IMG/VR virus record: IMGVR_UViG_3300025941_000016
Span: 1-64,000 of that record
DNA length: 64,000 nucleotides
Reading direction: 5' to 3' (one strand)
From: a virus
Shown here: positions 57,146 to 64,000 of the stretch, in pieces
Layout of the letters: each line of letters starts with the position of its first letter
How positions within the stretch are numbered: position 1 is the first letter of the stretch
Position numbers and translations under genes: made by a program
The notes under the pieces: model-generated
The model's input: only the letters and a program-made list of their open reading frames with translations
What the model was told of the DNA's origin: nothing
Database searches by the model: none

Positions 57146-58387
57146 TCAAACGACATGGCCCCGGGCAGCCATCGCCGCAGCAACACGCTGGCCGGCACCC
57201 TTCGGCGGTTGGTCTTCGTCCAGAAGTTCTGGCACATAGAAGGCGATGATCTCAGCGGCGTAGGTGACCAGGTCCGACACGCGAAACTCCGAGGCCCAGT
57301 CGGGCGCCTCAGGTCGGACACCTTCGATCGGATCGAACGCCCAGCCTTCTTGACGGTCGTATCTGATGTGGCACTTTTGGCAGAGCAAAAGCAGGTTCGC
57401 CGGATTGTGGATCATCGACTCCGACCAGCCCATAGCCAGCCCGACATCGAACGGGATGACGTGCGCTACGGCGTGCTGCTTGCCCGCCTCCGGTATGCCG
57501 CACGACCGGCAAAGTCCGCGGTCGCGCTCACGGACAACCTTGCGAGCCGCCTGCCACGTCTTGCCGTAGTAGTTACGGTGCGGCTTTCGACCCTTGGTGC
57601 GACAGTCGGAGCAGATCACGTAGATGTTCGAGTGGAGCCGCTCGACAGGCTTGTGGCACAGCCGACAGTTCCGCGTATGACGTGGGAGCGGGACGCGTCC
57701 AGGAGGACCGATAGGTCCCGTCACCACACTCCCGGTGAGCCACCGCATGTAGTGGGCAGCGCAGAGACCTCGCGCCTGCACGGGTTCGGGACAGTCGCCG
57801 TCCGTGCAGCGATCCGGTCGCGCATTGCGGACGTTGAGAGGTCCTCCGCGAATGCCCTTTAGCCGGAGCCGCTCGGCATGACCCGAGCAAAGATCGCTGG
57901 ACTGCTTCCTCGACCGCCCACAGTCCTCGATAGCGCAGAACGGACCGAGGTCTGTTAGCCGACGCTGTCGTGTAGGCGCGTCAGGACGCTCGTCGACGGG
58001 CCGAAGCCGTCGTGTGACCGCGTTCGGGTCGCCGTGCTTGTGCCACCGGCCGTAATGAGTACCGCAAAGCCCTCGGGCCCATGCTGGGAAGGGGCAATCC
58101 TTCTGCGAGCAAGACTTCGGCGCGGCTTTGGGAGGCTTGCCGGCCGGACCAGGATCGCCGGTCTTCTTCCAGCGCTTGTAGTGCTTGACGCACCATCCAC
58201 GCGCCACGCGGTCACTTGTGCAACCTGGGACCGTGCACTCGCGGTCCGCGGCTGGGTCGCGGTAACGGAGATCTCGCGGGACGCCGGGGTCGATGCCCCG
58301 CCGGGCGCGATCGTAGTGCCGTTGACACCAACCCCGCGCATAGTGAGGCCGCCCGCATTCGTCCTCTGAGCAGGTACTCTGACCCAC
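57146..58387 (-). CDS. HNH endonuclease with five CCCH zinc-finger repeats
   Basis: Five CxxxxC...ARGxCxxHY-type repeats; W..ARKVVRERDRGLCRSCG...AHVIP...NLLLLCQKCH; GGAGGT RBS. Confidence 0.85.
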   Translation of the reverse strand: MGQSTCSEDECGRPHYARGWCQRHYDRARRGIDPGVPRDLRYRDPAADRECTVPGCTSDRVARGWCVKHYKRWKKTGDPGPAGKPPKAAPKSCSQKDCPFPAWARGLCGTHYGRWHKHGDPNAVTRRLRPVDERPDAPTRQRRLTDLGPFCAIEDCGRSRKQSSDLCSGHAERLRLKGIRGGPLNVRNARPDRCTDGDCPEPVQARGLCAAHYMRWLTGSVVTGPIGPPGRVPLPRHTRNCRLCHKPVERLHSNIYVICSDCRTKGRKPHRNYYGKTWQAARKVVRERDRGLCRSCGIPEAGKQHAVAHVIPFDVGLAMGWSESMIHNPANLLLLCQKCHIRYDRQEGWAFDPIEGVRPEAPDWASEFRVSDLVTYAAEIIAFYVPELLDEDQPPKGAGQRVAAAMAARGHVV

Positions 58388-58527
58388 GTCGGGCCACCTC
58401 CGAGATAGGTGTTTCCGGCACGCGGGCGGAGAGCTGTAACTCTTCGCCCGCACCTAGTCTAAAGGACAGACCGCCTTCCGAGATAACCGGCCGAACAACT
58501 GTTCAGCCTCTGGGTTCAAAGACGAAA

Positions 58528-59094
58528 TCAGCTCAGACTAATTGACACTTGTAGCTGCCAACTCGCGGCTGACGTCTTGGTGCCGAGAGCCACGACCTTC
58601 CTATTCAGGATTCGTCCAGTGCCGCCCGTAGTCGAGTTCCCGACGATCCACTCGCTCCATTGGTAGTTCGCGTCGGAGGTCCCGAACGTGGCCGTGAAGG
58701 TGACGGTCGCCGATCCGGACGAGGTCCCATCGGTGTGCGATACGGTAGCGGACTTGCGGGTCTTGTTGGACGATGCCTGAAGGTCGGTTTGAGTGGCGGC
58801 TTCCGCCGTCGAACTGTCCCCAACGCCGAGCGCCGCGTTCGCCGACGAGAAATACGTCAGGTTCTGCCCGCTGGAGCTGGTCCCGTTTCCGATCAGGCAC
58901 TCCCAGATACAGCTCGCCCCGCCGTACATCAGCAAGTTGCCCGCACCCTCAACCACCTCGTACGGCTCTACGGACAGGTCGTCACCCCACCGCTTCGTCA
59001 CCGTCCACGTGCAGCGCCACCGGGCCGGTTCGTGGTCGGCCACGGCCGCACCCACATGGGCAGTGTCGACCGCTTGGGACATGTCGTCTCGCAT
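58528..59094 (-). CDS. Virion structural protein
   Basis: NLL..G...GVGDSSTA..ATQTDL...TFGTSDAN..W.E...LNRKV..LGTK pattern. Confidence 0.7.
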   Translation of the reverse strand: MRDDMSQAVDTAHVGAAVADHEPARWRCTWTVTKRWGDDLSVEPYEVVEGAGNLLMYGGASCIWECLIGNGTSSSGQNLTYFSSANAALGVGDSSTAEAATQTDLQASSNKTRKSATVSHTDGTSSGSATVTFTATFGTSDANYQWSEWIVGNSTTGGTGRILNRKVVALGTKTSAASWQLQVSISLS

Positions 59095-59175
59095 AGTGAA
59101 GCCCTCTCTGCGGGCACATATGAAAAAGGCCCGCACATGGCGGGCAGAGGAAAACGGGCTAAGGTCCGACCGACC

Positions 59176-60657
59176 TCACGGCTCCACGTAGTCGGTCAGC
59201 GTTCCGGGTGCGAGGGCGGCGAGCGCAACATTGAAGATCTCACCGGCGCCCACCGGATCGGTGAGGATCACATTCAATGCGGCCTGCGCAGATGACGACG
59301 GCGCCGTACCCGTCAGGATTACCTTCGTCCAGACTCCCGTCCCGGTGGACACAGTCGATCCCGAGCCGGACGACAGATAGTTGGCCCCGGAGTCAAACCA
59401 GCTGATACCGGCCTGCGCAGTCCGAGCTGTCCCGGCTGCGCGGATGTAATACACGCCCGTCCACGTCTGACCGGGGGCGATGCCCGATGTCACCAGAGGG
59501 TTGATGTAGATCTCGGATATACCGCTCGTCGTCGTGACGATCTTCAATGAGGAGGTTCGTCCGATCGGCGCAACCGTGTCTCGGGTGATCGTCGCATTGA
59601 GAAGCGATGACCATTCCAACGCGTTGATGGTCGCATTTGCCTGGTTCGGCGTCAGCCGATTACCCACAACCGTCGTCGGATTCGCACAGTCTACCCACGC
59701 GCTGCCAGTCGATATCGTCGCTTTACTGCTCGTCGTGTCATACCACGTCGCCCCGGGCCGGCTCGCCGACGGTGGACGTGCATAGATCGCGCCCGCGCCA
59801 ACCTGGCGCGCCTCCACGCTGCGTGGCACCACGATGTGGGGTGCCTGCGGAGCCCGGGAGGACGGTGCGGCGGAATCCGCCCAGATCTCCGTCCAGCCGG
59901 CGATAGCGTCGCCGCTTACCTGGGTGAACATCTCCCAGAACGGATGAGTCGCGGCGATGCTGCCGATCAGCGGGTCCGAGACGACTGCTGTACTACCATC
60001 CGGCAGGAACAGGTAGGCGGTGCTGGTGGCCCGGTCGATCTCGATGTCGACCGTGTAGACGGTTGACCCGTCGGTGGCCAGCGGTGTTGAGAAGTAGACG
60101 CTGCTGGATAGTCGGCCTTTGGGAATCAGGTCAGTGAAGACGCCGCCCGACCAGACGCCGAACTGCCAGTAGGCCGAGCTGATCGCCAAGTGTGCTGACG
60201 ACGAGTTCGGGATTCCCGATGTGCTCGACCAGGCGCCCAGCGCAGGGCCACCACTCGACGAGGCCGTTGATGACAGCACAAATCGGCCGCCGACACGCAG
60301 GACAGGTGATGCCAGCGAGAGCAGCGCATAGCCGGCGCTGCTCGTCGGCGCGCCCAGTGGCAGGGTCAGCAGGCCGCCGCGGATCGTCGGAGTAGCACCG
60401 GTCGTTCCCTGCAAGTTCCAGGTGTGGCCCGAATCCGTCGCTGTCGGCGTGCCGTTGGAGCGCGCTGAACAAAGGTCATAGGCGGTCGGATTGGCTGGCT
60501 GTGCGCCGATCGCTGCCGGGCTGATCGCGTCTGCTCCGCCTGCCGCGTGCTGGTCGGCATGCGTGTTCACACGACTGACGACCTGGCCGAGGCCGGTGTT
60601 CAGATCCGTGTCCCAGCCGATCTCGCCATGTGTCGGCCACGTCGGGTTGAGCGGCAT
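59176..60657 (-). CDS. Virion appendage protein (lectin-like + C-terminal CBM4/9-like)
   Basis: Shared N-terminal module; NRLTPNQA...PGQTWT...ISWFDSG..YLS...WTKV..TGTAP. Confidence 0.75.
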   Translation of the reverse strand: MPLNPTWPTHGEIGWDTDLNTGLGQVVSRVNTHADQHAAGGADAISPAAIGAQPANPTAYDLCSARSNGTPTATDSGHTWNLQGTTGATPTIRGGLLTLPLGAPTSSAGYALLSLASPVLRVGGRFVLSSTASSSGGPALGAWSSTSGIPNSSSAHLAISSAYWQFGVWSGGVFTDLIPKGRLSSSVYFSTPLATDGSTVYTVDIEIDRATSTAYLFLPDGSTAVVSDPLIGSIAATHPFWEMFTQVSGDAIAGWTEIWADSAAPSSRAPQAPHIVVPRSVEARQVGAGAIYARPPSASRPGATWYDTTSSKATISTGSAWVDCANPTTVVGNRLTPNQANATINALEWSSLLNATITRDTVAPIGRTSSLKIVTTTSGISEIYINPLVTSGIAPGQTWTGVYYIRAAGTARTAQAGISWFDSGANYLSSGSGSTVSTGTGVWTKVILTGTAPSSSAQAALNVILTDPVGAGEIFNVALAALAPGTLTDYVEP

Positions 60658-60668
60658 GGCGGCCTCTT

Positions 60669-60971
60669 TCAGTTCGCGTACAGGCTCACCGTCGCCGTAC
60701 CGGCACAGCTCACCGTGACGGCGACAGGTGGAAGGGTGATCTGGCCGGACCGGGGAAGGATCAGCCCGACCCAGCTGGCGTCGCCGAAGACGACCACCGG
60801 GTCCGGGCCGATGTTGAGCAACAGCCATCGCCGGGCAGCCCGGATCTGAACTGGTGCTGTGACGGCCAGTTGGCCGGTGACCGGCCCGAGCCCGGCGGGA
60901 AGGACCGCGCCGATTGGCGCAGGACCGCCGTAGGGGGTGAGACCGTAGGGGCCGTCACCGTAGCCGGCCAT
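60669..60971 (-). CDS. Small virion-region protein with a GYG motif
   Basis: MAGYGDGPYGLTPYGG. Confidence 0.65.
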   Translation of the reverse strand: MAGYGDGPYGLTPYGGPAPIGAVLPAGLGPVTGQLAVTAPVQIRAARRWLLLNIGPDPVVVFGDASWVGLILPRSGQITLPPVAVTVSCAGTATVSLYAN

Positions 60972-60974
60972 GGG

Positions 60975-61268
60975 CTACCCGATTTCGGCGACGATCAGAT
61001 CGGTGTCCGGGTCGACCTCGAACGAGCGGTCGCCGTAGGCGAAACTCGTGTAACCCGAATGGGGGACGAACGCGGAGATCGACTGGCCGGGCTGCGGGTC
61101 GTCTGGGTCGAACGGCGGCGGCTCGACCGGGGTCGAGGCGATCTCGGGCACGGCGGCCGGTTCGGGCTCGGGCGGCGGCAGGGTTTCCGGTGGGACGTCG
61201 ACAACCGGAGGTACCACCCTGACCGGCGGCTGGGCTGGCGGTCGGGGTCTACGTGGCTGCTGGGGCAT
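60975..61268 (-). CDS. Pro-rich hypothetical protein
   Basis: GAGG RBS; operon context. Confidence 0.6.
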   Translation of the reverse strand: MPQQPRRPRPPAQPPVRVVPPVVDVPPETLPPPEPEPAAVPEIASTPVEPPPFDPDDPQPGQSISAFVPHSGYTSFAYGDRSFEVDPDTDLIVAEIG

Positions 61269-61527
61269 CCTCAGCCACCTCCTGCCGTGCGTTGTACCGG
61301 CCGCAGCGGCTGCAACGCCGAAAAAGGCTCTTGAAGCCACACGGGCAGGGGAAGCCAGCCGACCTGGTCACCCCACCCAGATCCGCCGGGAAGGCGCCTT
61401 CGGCTTTGAGCATGCGGATGTGCCGCGGGTTGTCGACGTCGACGATCCGGCCGTCGTAGCGAGTCTTGCCCCGCTCGGTGTTGACGTCGATTCCCAGGCA
61501 CGCCCCGTCTGGCATGGCGAGTCTCAT
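61249..61527 (-). CDS. Small zinc-ribbon phage protein
   Basis: MRLAMPDG...GFPCPCGFKSLFRRCSRCG; TGATG coupling. Confidence 0.65.
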   Translation of the reverse strand: MRLAMPDGACLGIDVNTERGKTRYDGRIVDVDNPRHIRMLKAEGAFPADLGGVTRSAGFPCPCGFKSLFRRCSRCGRYNARQEVAEDAPAAT

Positions 61528-62390
61528 CAGGTGATGATCACCAGGGGAATGGTGCCGACCGTGGTCGGGGTGGCGATCGTCGACGGGGCGGTCGCCGTCA
61601 GGCTGGAGCCCGACGTCTGCGCCAGGACCTTGTTCCCGGTGATGACCGCGGCGGCCGGTCCTGCCCCTGCCCGGCCAACACCAGCCAGCGTCGGCGGGGT
61701 CGTCGCCTTCACCATGATGGCCGCGTAGTAGATACCCGAGGTGGTGATGGTCTGCGGTGCGGACAGCGCGAGCGTCAGCGCGGTCTCCGCCGCCCAGGCC
61801 GTCGACGTCTGGTCCGCGGTCTGGGCCATCAGCGCTGGAGTCGCCGCGTTGGAGTACAGAGCGAACCAATAGTTGGTTGGCGTACCAGCCGCGGTTGCGC
61901 CAGAGGTGAATGTCAGGTTGGTGACGACAGTTCCGGCCTGCAAGAAGACCGCCGTCGACAACATCACCTGTGTGGTCAGCGCGGCCAGGTTGGTGCCGGC
62001 GATCATGCGGGACATGTTCTCGACGTACACGCCCGTCGGGCTGCCATTGAGCGTGTAATTGGCCTGGCCCGAGTAGGCCGACGGGATGCCGCCCGACGAG
62101 TTGAGCGGCGCGGAAACGGGGAAGAACTGGCCGATCGACACGTTCGATTCGATCAGCGTCGACCCGCTGTAGATGTCGACGGTCTGCACACCGTTGGTCG
62201 CCCACTCGGCGAAGCCGTTGCTGTCGGTCGTGAACTGGCCAGACGAGCTGAGCACCGTGGCAAGCGTCGGGTCCGTGTACAGGGTGACAGTCGTCGACGT
62301 TCCCGGCAGCTTCGCCGTGAGCGTCGTGCTGCGGATCGGGTTGACGCCGTCCGGCGCAACAACACGGCCGAACTGGAAGACGGTGGCCAT
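61527..62390 (-). CDS. Virion structural protein
   Basis: AAGGAG RBS; TLYTD...TDSNG N-terminal module; beta-sandwich C-terminus. Confidence 0.7.
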   Translation of the reverse strand: MATVFQFGRVVAPDGVNPIRSTTLTAKLPGTSTTVTLYTDPTLATVLSSSGQFTTDSNGFAEWATNGVQTVDIYSGSTLIESNVSIGQFFPVSAPLNSSGGIPSAYSGQANYTLNGSPTGVYVENMSRMIAGTNLAALTTQVMLSTAVFLQAGTVVTNLTFTSGATAAGTPTNYWFALYSNAATPALMAQTADQTSTAWAAETALTLALSAPQTITTSGIYYAAIMVKATTPPTLAGVGRAGAGPAAAVITGNKVLAQTSGSSLTATAPSTIATPTTVGTIPLVIIT

Positions 62391-62464
62391 TGATCAGGCT
62401 CCTTGCGGGCATGCGAAAGGACCCCACACGGGCGGGGTTGACAGGACAATCGGCGTGAAGGGCG

Positions 62465-64000
62465 CTAGGCGGGGATGCCCCACGCTTCCCGAGTGCGGAT
62501 TGTGAACGTTTTCGTCAGGGTGATCTGCGCGGTCGGGGTCGCGTCATAGCCGGAGAACGCGAAGGTGATGGTGCTCCCGCTATCGGTGACGTCCATCCAT
62601 CCCCACTGGTTCGCCGAGCTACCCAGCGACGCCGGATAGGAGCCCTGCGAGTAGGGCCCCCCTTTGAGGCTGGTTGTCTGCGAGAACGGCGCTGCCTGGC
62701 ACACCGGGATACCGCCGGCCGAATTGGTTCCATCGTCGGCGGCAAGACAATGTGTGTCGCCGGAAAGAATGATGACGTTCAACCGGCTGGCGGTGATGTA
62801 GCTGACCAGTTCCTGGCGCTCGGTGTCGAAACCGGACCAGTTATCTTCGCCTGCCGTGGTGGCGCCGACCCAAGGCACCTCGTTGACCCAGACCTTGACC
62901 GGCTCGGAGCGCGCCAATTCCCGTTTGAACCACAGCTTCTGTGCCGAGCCCATCATCGACTTTGATGAGTTGTCGGTCACCGAGTCGTCCGACCGGTAGG
63001 ACCGCAGGTCGGTCACGATGTAACGGACCCGCCCGACGGTGTAGGCATGGTAGACGCCGGCATTGTCCGCGGCGGGCAGCGTGTAGGACGGCACGTAGTC
63101 GCGGAACGCGGTCTGGGCTCCGGACTGGCTGACTCCGCCGAGGCTGCCGGCGTGGTTGTTGCCGCCCACCGAGTCGTGGTCCGACCAGATGTAGTCGGTG
63201 GGAACCTCGCGCAGGAGCTGCGCGACGTTGCTGTGGGACAGCACCGTGTCCCACGAGGTGCGGAAATCGGATGCCAGATTGCTGGTGATGTTGTCGTAGT
63301 GGATGTCGCCGATGTGCTGGAAGAACAGCGGCGCACCATAGCTGCCGGTGTGGGTTCGCATCGTGGAGAACACGGTCGAGTTCGACCCGCTCACCGCGCA
63401 CGAGCCGAACAGGAACGAGTACGACGCCGCGACCCCTGCGACCGGAAAGGTTTTGACCTTGCCCTGCCGGGCCGTGTCCAGCACCGAGTCGACCTCGACG
63501 GCCCAGTAGTACTGGGTGTTCGCCGACAGGCCGGTGATGGCCAGCTTTGCGAGGCCGTTGCTGTCCGGCGTGGCGCTCGACGAGTAGACCACACCCGTCG
63601 TGATACCCGAGTTGGTGCCGACCTTCAGGCGGATCGACGACGCGCCCGCGCATTTCGTCGCCACCACGGCCGATGTCGCGTCGACCGCGCCGACCCAGGC
63701 GGACGTGAGCGTGCCTGGCGTGACCGACGACGTGGTCTTATAGGCGACGACGGCGCACACATTCTCAAATGCGCTGGACAGCGTGCCCGAGTACGTGCCG
63801 TCACCGCTGGCCGATGCGACCGTGTTCTCGGCGGCGGCAAGACAGCGCACCGAAGATCCGACCGCGGAGATGCTGGTCAGATCGGTGAACGAGTTGCCGG
63901 AGGTAAGAGTGGCCGTGTTGGCGCTCGTTCCGCCATAGCCGATCGCGGCGACGACGATTTCATTGGTTGCTCCGGTCGTGACCGCTGCGGAGGCGACTGA
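62465..64000 (-). CDS. PhoD-family phosphodiesterase fused to a virion beta-sandwich domain (5'-partial)
   Basis: FGSC, HIGDIHYD, WSDHD, DLRSYRS, MG..Q..WF, DNWSGF..ER, LSGDTH; preceded by FN3-like ITGLSANTQYYW; frame open to 64000. Confidence 0.88.
   Translation of the reverse strand, partial: SVASAAVTTGATNEIVVAAIGYGGTSANTATLTSGNSFTDLTSISAVGSSVRCLAAAENTVASASGDGTYSGTLSSAFENVCAVVAYKTTSSVTPGTLTSAWVGAVDATSAVVATKCAGASSIRLKVGTNSGITTGVVYSSSATPDSNGLAKLAITGLSANTQYYWAVEVDSVLDTARQGKVKTFPVAGVAASYSFLFGSCAVSGSNSTVFSTMRTHTGSYGAPLFFQHIGDIHYDNITSNLASDFRTSWDTVLSHSNVAQLLREVPTDYIWSDHDSVGGNNHAGSLGGVSQSGAQTAFRDYVPSYTLPAADNAGVYHAYTVGRVRYIVTDLRSYRSDDSVTDNSSKSMMGSAQKLWFKRELARSEPVKVWVNEVPWVGATTAGEDNWSGFDTERQELVSYITASRLNVIILSGDTHCLAADDGTNSAGGIPVCQAAPFSQTTSLKGGPYSQGSYPASLGSSANQWGWMDVTDSGSTITFAFSGYDATPTAQITLTKTFTIRTREAWGIPA

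Larger units (their letters stand above)
1..64000. mobile_element. Actinobacterial tailed phage/prophage genome segment (siphovirus-like)
   Basis: Tape measure, tail tube, tail assembly chaperone, head-tail adaptor, endolysin, holin, phage replication genes and dense ATGA/GTGA-coupled small ORFs; no host core genes; high GC; WhiB-family gene. Confidence 0.95.

Noticed and set aside
57092-58528. Group I intron or intein around the HNH
   Set aside because: The flanking genes look complete with their own starts and stops; no splicing motifs were seen.

Overview
The window is a 64-kb internal segment of a high-GC tailed phage or prophage of an actinobacterial host, siphovirus-like (tape measure and tail tube present, no sheath seen). 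No host housekeeping genes, rRNA, tRNA or CRISPR array were recognised. There are three transcriptional blocks. (1) 1-9.8 kb, minus strand: replication and nucleic-acid metabolism, with an HNH, an HTH replication initiator carrying internal ~22-23 bp iterons, a TOPRIM primase-RecA-type helicase, an SF2 helicase, SSB, DUF6011, DUF5131 and a Pol-beta nucleotidyltransferase. (2) 9.9-30.9 kb, mostly plus strand: many small translationally coupled accessory genes, a PP-loop/PAPS-reductase-like protein, DUF4326, SWIM-HTH and HNH-WhiB. This block also holds an RHH-flanked module that resembles the actinomycete plasmid/AICE transfer kit: a DUF2637/SpdA-like protein, several membrane proteins, an FtsK/TraB-like ATPase and strand-polarised GGACG repeats. 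(3) 31-64 kb, minus strand: late genes. An unusually large (~13 kb) cluster of lectin, beta-helix and PhoD virion-appendage genes lies upstream of the head-tail adaptor. It is followed by tail genes, the tape measure, a large minor tail protein and a lysis region with a GH25 endolysin, holin-like proteins, a prodomain-less sedolisin (S53) and two antisense moron cassettes. Capsid, portal, terminase and any integrase are outside the window or absent. The best candidates for something new are the phage-borne TraB/Spd-type transfer module and the modular enzyme-bearing appendage set (PhoD, beta-helices, shared docking motifs). All assignments come from manual motif recognition; no database searches were run.
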